Below are positions 45,192-54,989 of a stretch of 64,000 nt of DNA, piece after piece. The stretch is from Thermodesulfobacteriota bacterium (GTDB lineage Bacteria > Desulfobacterota > Desulfarculia > JACQYL01), in the NCBI GenBank assembly GCA_963675595.2, contig CAXXLZ010000002.1, positions 1,376,001 to 1,440,000 on the forward strand, read 5' to 3'. The notes beneath the pieces are model-generated. The model was not told the origin of the DNA, did not search any database, and saw only the letters and a list, made by a program, of their open reading frames with translations. Position 1 is the first letter of the stretch. Every line of letters starts with the position of its first letter. A program made the position numbers and the translations under genes.

Positions 45192-45683
45192 ATGAATTCC
45201 GGATTGAAGGCCCCTCTGATCGCGCTTCTGTTCATGGGCATGCTTGGGCTGGGACTTTGGTCTTGGTATGAACCTCAAGGGTCCGACCGAGACAACTATG
45301 TCACCATCGCAAGTCTCGCGGATCCGGATGTTCTCTCCGAAGTTCACGAGCCGATGGTCTTCCGGGTCCCGGTGACCATTACCGCCTACAATCCGGACCG
45401 TCGACAGACCGATGCGACTCCGCGAATCACTTCCTCCGGATCCTCGCCGGAAGACGGCGTAGTCGCTTTGAGCCGCGATCTGGAACGTTTCTTCGGACTG
45501 GAATTCGGCGACCGTATCACCATCGAAGGGATGGGGTTTTTCCGATTCGAGGACCGCATGCATTCCCGAAAGCGTCGCCAGGTGGACATTTTCATGGAGA
45601 GTCTGGAAAAGGCCAAAGAATTCGGAAGAAGAAAGGGATGGATTCGCGTGCTTTATGATCCCTCCGCCAAAGATGACGACTGA
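45192..45683 (+). CDS. 3D-domain (MltA-like) protein
   Basis: N-terminal TM; TAYNP, VALSRD, EDRM, VDIFM (three-Asp pattern). Confidence 0.8.
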   Translation: MNSGLKAPLIALLFMGMLGLGLWSWYEPQGSDRDNYVTIASLADPDVLSEVHEPMVFRVPVTITAYNPDRRQTDATPRITSSGSSPEDGVVALSRDLERFFGLEFGDRITIEGMGFFRFEDRMHSRKRRQVDIFMESLEKAKEFGRRKGWIRVLYDPSAKDDD

Positions 45684-45940
45684 TCCCTGCCGACTTCTCA
45701 CCTTCTTTCAAGCACTCCATACACGTCTCTTTTAGACTGTCCGTCGAAACAGGCCTGTCGGTAGTCACCCCGTTGAAGTCCCGCCTCCAGGGTCGGATAC
45801 CTTCCACACCTGATTCACTTTCCTCGCGACAATGGTTAGCATGGGTCAATTGACGGAAAGTGACCGGCAAAACCACCCAATTGCGCCCGACAATTTATCG
45901 TAACGAAAAATTCTCAATATTAAGAAAAGGAGGACATTCC

Positions 45941-46363
45941 ATGCAGGATAAGTCGAGTCTTCACCTGAAGGTCCAGGAACTTTGCGACTGTTACGCGACC
46001 AATGACCCGCTGGAGGAGATGTCCAGACTGGCCAACGACGAAAACAAGGAAGAAGCCGCCCTCAAGTGGATCGCCCTGGCGGCTTTGCACGCAGTCAATG
46101 CGGGAGCGAAAAAGATCACTCTCTCCGTGGACGACAATGGTGAAGTGAAAGCTACGGCCAAGTATCGGGAAGCCGTTCTTCCATCCCCGGGGCAGGAGAT
46201 CGGCCGTAAGATCATTGAAGATGTCCGCGCCATCATGCATTTCGAAAAAGGAAAGCAGAAAGGCCCCCTGGCTCTCGGCATCCGTAACGACAGTCTGGAG
46301 ATCGGTGTTTCCGCCTCCAAGGACAAACACGAAGAAGAAATCGAGCTCAAGTTCCCCGGATAA
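45941..46363 (+). CDS. Hypothetical protein resembling a stand-alone PilB/GspE N2 domain
   Basis: RBS AGGAGG; ALHAVNAGAKKITL...LPSP...IIEDVRAI...LEIGVS. Confidence 0.6.
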   Translation: MQDKSSLHLKVQELCDCYATNDPLEEMSRLANDENKEEAALKWIALAALHAVNAGAKKITLSVDDNGEVKATAKYREAVLPSPGQEIGRKIIEDVRAIMHFEKGKQKGPLALGIRNDSLEIGVSASKDKHEEEIELKFPG

Positions 46364-46403
46364 CCGAGAGAGAGGAATCGAATCGCTCGGGCTGATTCGT
46401 CCC

Positions 46404-46432
46404 TTGACACCACGAGGATTTGTCTGTATAGA
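46404..46432 (+). promoter_or_regulatory. Putative sigma70 promoter of the aroF leader
   Basis: TTGACA-17 bp-TATAGA. Confidence 0.6.
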
Positions 46433-46465
46433 TGATCTACTGATCTTGATAAAAAGGCGAATTTC

Positions 46466-46552
46466 ATGAACGGTCGTAACACCCGAGTTTATTACTGGTG
46501 CTGGTGGCGGAAATCGGAACAGGGGTGTGCCGACCGGAATTCTGTTGCCTGA
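46466..46552 (+). CDS. Attenuator leader peptide (28 aa, YYWCWW)
   Basis: MNGRNTRVYYWCWWRKSEQGCADRNSVA*, located upstream of a terminator and the DAHP synthase gene. Confidence 0.8.
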   Translation: MNGRNTRVYYWCWWRKSEQGCADRNSVA

Positions 46553-46575
46553 ACGACCATAAAAAATGCATAGGC

Positions 46576-46617
46576 AAGGACGGTGGGTCACCCGGACCCA
46601 CCGTCCTTTTTTGTTTT
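46576..46617 (+). terminator. Attenuator terminator
   Basis: Perfect 14-bp stem AAGGACGGTGGGTC/GACCCACCGTCCTT followed by a T-tract. A second hairpin plus T-run lies at 46619-46651. Confidence 0.8.
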
Positions 46618-46713
46618 CAGGGCCGTGGGTCTCCTCCCACGGCCCTTTTTTCGAGGGCCCCGTCCGTGCCGCATCCCAGGATTCCCCTTTTCACCCTGAA
46701 AGGAGATGTCGCC

Positions 46714-47733
46714 ATGTTGGTGGTCATGGACCGGAAAGCAACGCAGGAGCAGGTAGACGCAGTCATTGAAGCCATCGAAAAGAAGGGATACAAACCGCGG
46801 CCCATTCCTGGAGGAGAGCGGGTCGCCATCGGCATCCTGCACAATCTGGGGGCGGTGGACGCCTCGCCCTTTGTGGGTTTACCGGGAGTCAAGGATTTGA
46901 TTCCCGTAACGAGGCCCTACAAGCTGGTCAGCCGGGAAACCCAGCCCGAGGACACCGTCATCAAGCTGGGCGATACCCGGGTCGGGAACGGAAACTTCAC
47001 CCTCATCGCCGGCCCCTGCGCCGTTGAGAGCGAGACCCAGGCCCTCGTCATCGCGGAGCATGTCCGTCGCTCCGGAGCGCACCTTTTTCGAGGCGGCGCG
47101 TTCAAACCCCGGACTTCTCCTTATTCCTTTCAAGGACTGGGGGAAGAGGGGCTCAAGATTTTGGCGAAAGTGAGAGAGGAGACCGGAATGCCGGTGGTCA
47201 CCGAGGTGATGGACGTCGAAAACTACTCCCTGGTGGAGGAGTACGCGGACGTGGTCCAAATCGGCACCCGGAACATGCAGAACTTCAGTCTCCTCCGCAG
47301 GGCGAGCCTTTCTCCGAAACCGGTGCTGCTCAAGCGCGGTATGGCCGCCACCATCGAAGAATGGCTCATGGCCGCAGAGTACATTCTCGAGGGAGGCAAC
47401 CGTCAGGTGATTCTTTGCGAGCGGGGAGTCAGGACTTTCGCGCATCACAGCCGGAACACGCTGGACCTTTCCGCGGTTCCCGTGGTGCGCAAGGAAAGCC
47501 ATCTGCCCATCATCGTGGACCCGAGTCATGCCGCGGGCCGTCGCGACCAGGTGATCCCCCTGAGTCGGGCCGCCGTGGCCGTCGGTGCCCACGGAATCAT
47601 GGTGGAGGTCCATCACGACCCGGACCATGCTTTGAGCGACGGAGCCCAGTCTCTGTATCCCGAGCAGTTCGACGAACTGACTCGATGCGTATTGGGCATC
47701 TTCGACAATCTCAAGGCTTACCAAGGCGTCTGA
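46714..47733 (+). CDS. aroF: 3-deoxy-7-phosphoheptulonate (DAHP) synthase, type I-beta with N-terminal regulatory domain
   Basis: IAGPCAVE, GGAFKPRTSPYSFQG, LCERG, DPSHA, SDG; RBS AAGGAG. Confidence 0.93.
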   Translation: MLVVMDRKATQEQVDAVIEAIEKKGYKPRPIPGGERVAIGILHNLGAVDASPFVGLPGVKDLIPVTRPYKLVSRETQPEDTVIKLGDTRVGNGNFTLIAGPCAVESETQALVIAEHVRRSGAHLFRGGAFKPRTSPYSFQGLGEEGLKILAKVREETGMPVVTEVMDVENYSLVEEYADVVQIGTRNMQNFSLLRRASLSPKPVLLKRGMAATIEEWLMAAEYILEGGNRQVILCERGVRTFAHHSRNTLDLSAVPVVRKESHLPIIVDPSHAAGRRDQVIPLSRAAVAVGAHGIMVEVHHDPDHALSDGAQSLYPEQFDELTRCVLGIFDNLKAYQGV

Positions 47734-47812
47734 ACGACGAAACCGTACCCGCCCGGAACCGCGGTAGGAGGTGGTTCGGCCGAGGTCGTGAATTCGGCCC
47801 GCCGAAATTCCA

Positions 47813-47840
47813 TTGACTTCTCCGGGGATCCGGGTAAGAT
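47813..47840 (+). promoter_or_regulatory. Putative sigma70 promoter upstream of the riboswitch
   Basis: TTGACT-16 bp-TAAGAT. Confidence 0.45.
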
Positions 47841-47854
47841 ACGAACTTGACATA

Positions 47855-48008
47855 GGTTCCAAAGGGTTACTTAGGGAAATTCCGTTTGAATCGGAAGCGG
47901 ACCCGCCGCTGTGATCGGGGACGAAAGCCGCGACAAGCCACTGTCCATGAAGGATGGGAAGGCGCGGCCGGTAGGACGAACCGAGAGCCAGAAAACCTGC
48001 CCTTGGGA
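47855..48008 (+). promoter_or_regulatory. Cobalamin riboswitch
   Basis: AGGGAA..CCG..TGAATCGG..GCGG..CCGCCGCTGT, GCCACTG...GGGAAGGC, B12 box AGCCAGAAAACCTGCC. Downstream stem plus T-tract at about 48065-48100. Confidence 0.9.
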
Positions 48009-48187
48009 ACATGACGGGATCCTCGCGGAAAGGGGTTGCCCGACTTGTAAAGTGGGCAGTCTTACCCCCTCCCTCTGAAGAGCGGCCAGGGGTTTTTTTT
48101 ATTCCCTTTTCCGCTTCTCACGGACCGGAGAAGCGTCTCCTCATTGCTTCGGAGCTGCGTTCTCCGGAACCTTGCATAAGGAAGTCG

Positions 48188-48967
48188 ATGGTGCCCACTT
48201 CACAAAAGTCACATTTCCTTTGTTTGGCCGTTCTTCTGATTGTCGGCCTTTTTGTCGCCTCACCCCTTTCGGCCGCCTCTTCTTCCCGAGCCCTTCAGGA
48301 AAAGGTCGAAGGCGCCATACGCTCGGAACGCGGCATTCAGGAAAAGGCGGAACGTTGGGCCGCGGATAGAACCGAGGTACTGGCGGAAATCCGTGAGCTC
48401 AAGAATCAGAAGCAGTGGCTGGACCTGCAGAAGAAGAAGTACCTCTCCTACATCGAAAAACTCAACGAATCTCTGGCGGAACTCAACAGGAAAAAGAAAG
48501 AGATCGAGATTCTCAAGACCTCTCTCGAGCCCTATCTGTATGAAACCGTCGATCGGTTGGACCTTTCGATCCACCAAGACCTTCCGTTTCTCATGGGGGA
48601 AAGGACCAGGAGGCTGACCTTTCTCAAGGATTCCCTGGCCGACTATGATCTTGGATCCGGGGAAAAACTCCGGAGAATTCTGGAAGCCCTTCACGTGGAG
48701 GCGGACTACGGGAGAAACATCGAAAAGAGCGAGGCCGTACTCGAGATACAAGGCTCTCAGACCAGCGTATATCTCCTTCGCATAGGCCGCACCGCCGTTT
48801 TTTATGTCTCCCTCGACGGCACCAAAGTCGGCCGTTTGACTCCCACGGGAGAATGGGAACCGTTGCCGTCCGGTTACGCTTCCGAACTCACCCGGGCCAT
48901 GGAAATGGCGGAGCGTAGACGCGCCGTAGAACTTGTGGAACTGCCTTTGGGGGAGGTGAAACCATGA
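48188..48967 (+). CDS. DUF3450 family periplasmic coiled-coil protein
   Basis: Signal peptide; DLPFL..ER..R, EKLRRILEAL.VE.DYG, LRIGR. Confidence 0.82.
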   Translation: MVPTSQKSHFLCLAVLLIVGLFVASPLSAASSSRALQEKVEGAIRSERGIQEKAERWAADRTEVLAEIRELKNQKQWLDLQKKKYLSYIEKLNESLAELNRKKKEIEILKTSLEPYLYETVDRLDLSIHQDLPFLMGERTRRLTFLKDSLADYDLGSGEKLRRILEALHVEADYGRNIEKSEAVLEIQGSQTSVYLLRIGRTAVFYVSLDGTKVGRLTPTGEWEPLPSGYASELTRAMEMAERRRAVELVELPLGEVKP

Positions 48968-50460
48968 TGGTCCGACCTTCTCCGTTTTCCTGCAGCGCTT
49001 CGCCGTCCCGTCTCGAGTCCGGTGTTCTCGATCTCAAGAGAAAAGCCCTCGTCATCGCGCTCGCATTCCTCTCGTTCGCAACTCTGTCCACAACTCGTCT
49101 ATGGGCTTCCTGGGACGTTGTGGCCGCTCAGGTGGAACAGGACACCGAGTCCGGACTCCGGCAGGCGCAGGAAACACTGGCCGGCATAGAAGAAGAACGC
49201 AAAACGTTCCTGGCCGAGCGGGCGACACTCTCCGCGGAGGTCCGCGCGCAGGAAGCGGAACTCGACGCACTGACCAAAAAGTTCGAAAGTCTGCGTGCTG
49301 AAGAGCAGCGCCTGAGCGAGGAACTGGCCGCGGAAACCGAGGAAGTCAAAGTGCTGGAAGGAGCCGTGCGCAGCACCGCCAAAGACGCGGAAGCCTCTTT
49401 TCGCTCCGACCCGATTTCCGTCGAAGTTCCGGCCAGGCTGGAATTGGTGGGGCAACTCGCGGCCGCCGGCCGATTCCCCGGTCTCGACGATATTCGTAAA
49501 TTCGTGGACTTCTATTTCGACGATATCCAGCGTTCGGGCACCACGGAGGTCCGCCAAGGAAATTTCATCGGCCCCGAGGGCAGGGAGCAATCCGGTGATA
49601 TTCTCCGGGTAGGTCCCTTCTCGGCCTATTACAGGCTCGACGGAAAGGTCGGATTCCTCCGGTACGAAGAAAAAGGAAATCGCCTGGTAGCGGTCCCGGT
49701 CCGACCTTCCTGGAGTGAGCGAGGTTCCATTGAAGACTGGTTTGAAGGGCATGGAGAGACTCTGCCCGTGGACCTGTCGGGCGGGGCGATCTTCAGCCGG
49801 CTCACACGCAGCGGCGGTCTCATCGATTGGCTCAAATCCGGCGGCCCACTGGTCTGGCCCATTCTTCTGGTCGGTTTTCTGGCCTTGGGTTTGACCTTGG
49901 AACGCGCCTACACCTTGTTCCGAATCCGGGTTCGCACGGACGAGGTCATGGATCGACTGAAATCCATGGCCGTTAAGGGTCAGTGGCAGGAAAGCCGGGA
50001 TTACTGTTCCTCTTTCGAACGCTATCCCACCTGCCGGGTGCTGCTGGCCGGTCTCAAGAATCTGGGAAGTTCGAGAGACGCGTTGGAGAATATTCTTCAA
50101 GAACGCATCCTCAAAGAGCTTTCCCGTTTGGAACGGTTCCTCCCCACCATCAGCGTGCTGGCGGCCATTGCCCCATTGCTGGGCCTTTTGGGCACGGTGA
50201 CCGGCATGATCAATACGTTCCAGGTGATCACGGTTTACGGAACCGGTGACCCCCGGATGATGTCCGGAGGCATTTCGGAAGCCTTGGTGACCACCCAGCT
50301 CGGTTTGGCCATCGCGGTGCCCATTGTTCTATTGCATCACTTCCTTCAGAGGCGAGTGGATCGTATCACCGGAGACATGGAAGAAAAAGGAACGGCCCTG
50401 GTGGCCACCCTGCTCAAGACCGGCGCGGTGGAAAGGAAGGTGATCCGCCACGCTGCCTGA
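48964..50460 (+). CDS. Large MotA/TolQ/ExbB protein (TtpC-like)
   Basis: Long periplasmic coiled coil; APLLGLLGTVTGMI; GISEALVTT. Confidence 0.85.
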   Translation: MMVRPSPFSCSASPSRLESGVLDLKRKALVIALAFLSFATLSTTRLWASWDVVAAQVEQDTESGLRQAQETLAGIEEERKTFLAERATLSAEVRAQEAELDALTKKFESLRAEEQRLSEELAAETEEVKVLEGAVRSTAKDAEASFRSDPISVEVPARLELVGQLAAAGRFPGLDDIRKFVDFYFDDIQRSGTTEVRQGNFIGPEGREQSGDILRVGPFSAYYRLDGKVGFLRYEEKGNRLVAVPVRPSWSERGSIEDWFEGHGETLPVDLSGGAIFSRLTRSGGLIDWLKSGGPLVWPILLVGFLALGLTLERAYTLFRIRVRTDEVMDRLKSMAVKGQWQESRDYCSSFERYPTCRVLLAGLKNLGSSRDALENILQERILKELSRLERFLPTISVLAAIAPLLGLLGTVTGMINTFQVITVYGTGDPRMMSGGISEALVTTQLGLAIAVPIVLLHHFLQRRVDRITGDMEEKGTALVATLLKTGAVERKVIRHAA

Positions 50461-50464
50461 TTGG

Positions 50465-51070
50465 ATGATCAGCACTGCGGAGTATGTCCAGCACGGAGGC
50501 GTAGTCATGTTTCCGTTGGCGGTGGTGTCCGCCTGGATGTGGCTTCTCATATTCAAGAAGCTTGCGGAACTCCGCGGCATCGACAGCGGGAGGCTCACGC
50601 TTGAACGATCCCGCGCGTTCTTGGAAAACCCCGAGAGCGCTCCGGACGGTTGGCGCGGGGACCTGATCCGTGAATTCAGCAGAGACCGCGTGTTCGACCC
50701 CGAGGCTGATCGGAAGACCGTCGAGGCTCTGGTGTACCGAAAATCCAATCGTCTCGGACGTCATGTGAGGACCATCATTGTGTTGGCCTCGGTGGCGCCT
50801 TTGCTCGGGCTGCTGGGAACGGTCACCGGGATGATCACTACCTTCGACGTGATTTCCTTTTTCGGCACCGGAAACGCGCGCGCCATGGCCGGAGGGATTT
50901 CGGAAGCACTCATCAGCACCCAAAGCGGTCTTGTGGTGGCGATCCCCGGCTACCTCATGGGGTCGGTGCTTTTCCGTCGTATTCAGAAGAACCAGGCGAG
51001 AATGAAAAGATTCGGCTTGGACCTCTGCACCGCCTGTGAATTTGGGGACACGTTGAATAGCGCCGAATAA
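50465..51070 (+). CDS. exbB: MotA/TolQ/ExbB proton channel
   Basis: APLLGLLGTVTGMI, GISEALISTQSGL. Confidence 0.85.
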   Translation: MISTAEYVQHGGVVMFPLAVVSAWMWLLIFKKLAELRGIDSGRLTLERSRAFLENPESAPDGWRGDLIREFSRDRVFDPEADRKTVEALVYRKSNRLGRHVRTIIVLASVAPLLGLLGTVTGMITTFDVISFFGTGNARAMAGGISEALISTQSGLVVAIPGYLMGSVLFRRIQKNQARMKRFGLDLCTACEFGDTLNSAE

Positions 51071-51198
51071 ATTCACTACATCCGCCTTTCCCGGATGCAG
51101 CCGGCATATTCGGCCGAAAAGCCTCGAAGGACGGATTAGAAACCATACATGAAACCGCCGAGTTTGCCCACTCGACGTCCTCAAGGGGAGATTGCCGG

Positions 51199-51612
51199 AT
51201 GATCGGAGTCCGGAACCGACTGCAACGCTCGCGGCCCACGGAAATCAACATGGCGCCGCTCATCGACATGATCTTCATCCTGCTGATTTTCTTCATCGTG
51301 ACCACGAGTTTCGTGAAGGAATCCGGCGTCGAAGTCAGGCGTCCAACTGCTCAGAGCGCGGAAACTCAGGAAAAAACCAATCTCATTGTGGGCGTCACTC
51401 AGGAGGGAACGGTCTACATCGAGGGTCAGAGTGTGGACGTTCGCGCCGTCAGGGCTCGCATGGAAAGATTCCTGGCGGAAATGCCCGACGGCTCGGTGGT
51501 CATCTCGGCGGACAAGGAAAGCCACACCGGTGTGGTGGTGCAGGTGTTGGATGCCTGCCGCCTGGCCGGCGTGCGTAATATCAGTATCGCGGCCCGGAAG
51601 ACTTACCAATGA
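51199..51612 (+). CDS. exbD: Biopolymer transporter ExbD
   Basis: INMAPLIDMIFILLIFFIVT, VISAD. Confidence 0.9.
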   Translation: MIGVRNRLQRSRPTEINMAPLIDMIFILLIFFIVTTSFVKESGVEVRRPTAQSAETQEKTNLIVGVTQEGTVYIEGQSVDVRAVRARMERFLAEMPDGSVVISADKESHTGVVVQVLDACRLAGVRNISIAARKTYQ

Positions 51613-52286
51613 GAGCGATATCCGGTAAGACACTGAAAGGTTGGGGGCCCGCTTTGGGAATGGCCCTGCTGATGAATGCCTTTCTAATTTTCTGGATGCC
51701 CGCCCTGTCTCGTGACCTGGGCTCATCCGGCAACGATGGTTCCTTGAAGCCGGTGCTCATCCGGCTCCAGCAGCCCCCACCGCCCCCTCCGCCCAAACAG
51801 GATCGACCCAAGCCCAAGCCCAGGGAGATGATCAAAAAGCTCCCCGTGTTTCCGGTGCAGCAGGTCAAGCGGCAAACCACCCGGCCCAAGGAATCTCTGA
51901 AGTTGCCCGATTTCCAGTTTGAATTGAATCCCAAGCTGGCTGCGGACCTCCAGGTTACGGCGCCCCCGAACGAGCTTCCGAGCCTCCCTCGGGAATTCCA
52001 GATCGGCGAGGTCGACGAGCAACCGCAAATTCTCCGCCAGGTGAAACCCCGGTATCCTTTTTCCGCAAGGAGAAGAGGCATCACGGGAAAGGTCCTGGTG
52101 AAGTTCATCGTGGACTCTCAAGGTCGTGTTCAAAAACCCGTCATCGTCGAGGAACAGCCGGCGGGTCTCTTTGGTGAAAGCGTGCTCCAGGCGTTGGCCC
52201 AATGGCGTTTCCGCCCCGGATTCGTCCAAGGCGCCCCGGTCTCCACCTGGGTTGTACTCCCCATTGAATTCGGACTATCGGGATGA
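51609..52286 (+). CDS. tonB: Energy transducer TonB
   Basis: TM anchor, Pro-rich linker, PRYP..ARRRGITGKV...WRFRPG. Confidence 0.9.
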   Translation: MRAISGKTLKGWGPALGMALLMNAFLIFWMPALSRDLGSSGNDGSLKPVLIRLQQPPPPPPPKQDRPKPKPREMIKKLPVFPVQQVKRQTTRPKESLKLPDFQFELNPKLAADLQVTAPPNELPSLPREFQIGEVDEQPQILRQVKPRYPFSARRRGITGKVLVKFIVDSQGRVQKPVIVEEQPAGLFGESVLQALAQWRFRPGFVQGAPVSTWVVLPIEFGLSG

Positions 52287-53479
52287 AAACAAGAACAACG
52301 GTCATTCTTTGCTTCGTTTGCGCGTCCATACTCGCATGGTATGCGCCCATACCGGTCTTCAGCGCACAGGACCCCCTGACGCGCAATCTTTCTCCAACCG
52401 TCCACCGAATCGTGTATCAGGCCCAAGAAGCCCTGCAAGCCGAAAAATACGACAAGGCCGTCGAAATCCTGCGGGAGTTCGATCTGAAGCACCCCGATAA
52501 GCCGGATGCCCTGGTCTGTTACCTCTTGGGCAACGCCTACTATATGAACAATAAGAAGGAAGCGGCGTATCGGTCCTATCGCAGGGGCGTTGAGGCCGCC
52601 ACCGATTCCGCCATGTTGTGGAGAAATCTCGCCGCCGTGGCCTATGAGCTCAACCACACATCCGAAGCCGCAACCTGCTTCCGGAAGGCCTTCGACCTGT
52701 CGGATCCTCCGGATTACGATCTCCTCTACCAAGCGGGAGCCGCTCATTACCAAGCACGCGAATACGCCAAAGCCAAAGTCGCTCTGTCCGAGCTGGTTCG
52801 TCCGGGAGCCAAGGTGGAGAAGCCGTGGCTGCAACTGCTCATCCACACGTACCTCGAACTCGGCGAACTGAAAGAGGCGGAAGAGCTTCTCACCCTGTTT
52901 CTGGAACGAAACCCCACGGAAGCCGCGTATTGGAGGCTGATGGCACAGGTGAGAATCCATCGAAAGAACTACGTGGAAGCCGCCGCCGCACTGGAGATCG
53001 CCTATCGGCTCTCCCCCCCCGACGCCGACGGCTGGAAGGAACTCGCCGGCATTTACATGTACATCGGAACCCCTCAGCGAGGTGCGATACTACTCGAGAA
53101 AGCCTACGGTCCCGATCCCTCACCCGATCAATGCGACGAAATCGCCCGTGCCTACGTGACGGCCGAGCAACCCGAACGTGCCCTGGTCTTCTGGAATCGG
53201 GCTATTGACAAAGACCCTTCCCCCACCCGCCTTCTCGAGGTGGGCAAGCTGCACTACCAACACGGTCATTGGAAGAAGGCCATGGAAGTGCTTCAGAGAG
53301 TCACGGACAAAGCCCCCGACATCGCCCTGGCCCAGCTTCTCCTGGGATATTGCGCCTGGGAGTCCGGGGACCTTCCCCTGGCCGAACGGTCCTTCCAAAA
53401 AGCGGCGGCGGAAAAACGTTACAAGAACCACGCCCGCGGCGCTCTTGCCACCCTGAAGAGTCTGACCACCGAAGGCTGA
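52283..53479 (+). CDS. Exported tetratricopeptide-repeat protein
   Basis: Signal peptide and multiple TPR helices; ATGA overlap with tonB. Confidence 0.85.
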   Translation: MKTRTTVILCFVCASILAWYAPIPVFSAQDPLTRNLSPTVHRIVYQAQEALQAEKYDKAVEILREFDLKHPDKPDALVCYLLGNAYYMNNKKEAAYRSYRRGVEAATDSAMLWRNLAAVAYELNHTSEAATCFRKAFDLSDPPDYDLLYQAGAAHYQAREYAKAKVALSELVRPGAKVEKPWLQLLIHTYLELGELKEAEELLTLFLERNPTEAAYWRLMAQVRIHRKNYVEAAAALEIAYRLSPPDADGWKELAGIYMYIGTPQRGAILLEKAYGPDPSPDQCDEIARAYVTAEQPERALVFWNRAIDKDPSPTRLLEVGKLHYQHGHWKKAMEVLQRVTDKAPDIALAQLLLGYCAWESGDLPLAERSFQKAAAEKRYKNHARGALATLKSLTTEG

Positions 53480-53560
53480 GGCTCGGAACCGACCACACGA
53501 CCTCTTCGAACCGGACGGCAAATCGAACTTCGGGCCGCGGCGCGCGGAGCGGACGCGGTT

Positions 53561-54649
53561 TCAGTCGTCGATGGGGCCGGTACGAATCGCCCTGCGTTTT
53601 TCCAAAGGAAACTTCAGTCGAAACACGGCGCCGTCGCCCGGCGGCGATTCGGCTTCAATGGCGCCTCCGTGCGCTTCCATGATCCGTTTGGCCACAGCGA
53701 GATCGAAGCCGCTCCCCCCGCTCTTGGTACTGAAAAACGGTTTGAACAGATGGGCGAGATTTTCCCGCGAAATGCCCGGGCCGGTGTCATGTACGGAGAT
53801 CACATACGCGCCGTCCTCAACGGAGGATCGTATACGGATCGACCCACCCTCCCCCATGGCCTCCAGCGCGTTATCGATAAGGATGGAGACCACACGGATC
53901 ACTTGTTCTCGATCCACATGCAGGACACATTCGGCGGTTTCCGATTCTAATTGCGCGCCGCATTCGGATATCTCCCGCCGACACCTCTCCACGGCCTCCT
54001 TGATCACTCGCCCGAGGTCTTCGGCGACATGTTGCGGCTTGGGCATCCGAATGAAGAAATCGACCTTTCTGATCAGTTCCTCAATTCGTTTCAAGTCGTC
54101 CAGGATGTTCCTGTAGTAACCGTCATGTTCGTCGTCGGAACGGCAGGATTTGTATAGTTTGTTTACATACCCGGCAATACCCACCATGGGATTTCTCAAT
54201 TCGTGCGCAATCCCATTGGCCACCTTCACCAGGTCCTCGTAGCCCACATCCCTGAAAGACTGCTCCATTCGCTTTCGCCGGTCGATGTCCCTGATCCCGG
54301 TGATCAGCACCGGCGGCGTCTCCAACGTCTCGGCATAGGTCTTGATCGAAAGAAAAGCGAAAAAACGAGTACCGTCCTTTCGAACAAGCATGACCTCCCC
54401 GCTGAATTCTCTGCCTCGGGCGGCCATCTTCAGGAGGTTGGGCAATAAGTGAACAAGATCTTCCGGGGTAAACAGAACGGAAAGGTCTAAACCTACGAGT
54501 TCATCCGGCTCGAATCCCAGGACCGCCGGGACCGAAGGCCCTGCGAAGGATATCCTCCCGTCGAGCCCGGAAAGGATCACCGCTTGCCGCACGCACAGGA
54601 GGATGGCTTCAAACAAAGGGCCGGGAACGGATTGCGATAAGTCCACCAT
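53561..54649 (-). CDS. PAS sensor histidine kinase
   Basis: PAS; AHELRNP, DNALEA, DTGPGI, FFSTK, GSGFDLA. Confidence 0.88.
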   Translation of the reverse strand: MVDLSQSVPGPLFEAILLCVRQAVILSGLDGRISFAGPSVPAVLGFEPDELVGLDLSVLFTPEDLVHLLPNLLKMAARGREFSGEVMLVRKDGTRFFAFLSIKTYAETLETPPVLITGIRDIDRRKRMEQSFRDVGYEDLVKVANGIAHELRNPMVGIAGYVNKLYKSCRSDDEHDGYYRNILDDLKRIEELIRKVDFFIRMPKPQHVAEDLGRVIKEAVERCRREISECGAQLESETAECVLHVDREQVIRVVSILIDNALEAMGEGGSIRIRSSVEDGAYVISVHDTGPGISRENLAHLFKPFFSTKSGGSGFDLAVAKRIMEAHGGAIEAESPPGDGAVFRLKFPLEKRRAIRTGPIDD

Positions 54650-54989
54650 CGCACCCCTTTCATCAAGGAAGCTCTTTTATGGATGCTTTCCTACGGATAC
54701 TCTCCACGCGGGAACGCCCGGCTCGTCTCACGGGTCTGAAAAGCGACCGGAAGCTCTTCCAGGATTTCCGCGAAAGCTTCGTCATCGACAGTATAGTCCG
54801 GATGGTTTCACGAAGGAAAAGTAATCTGAGGGAGAGAAGACGGCGACGTAAGAGCCGCCGTCTCGAAAAGAAGATCAAAAAGGGTGACCGCCGGGCGCGC
54901 CAATCCCTGAAAGTGGGAACGTACATGAGGTACGCCGCAAAGATGATGGATGAAGCGCAACACCGCGAACCGCGTTCGGCGGCAACCGC

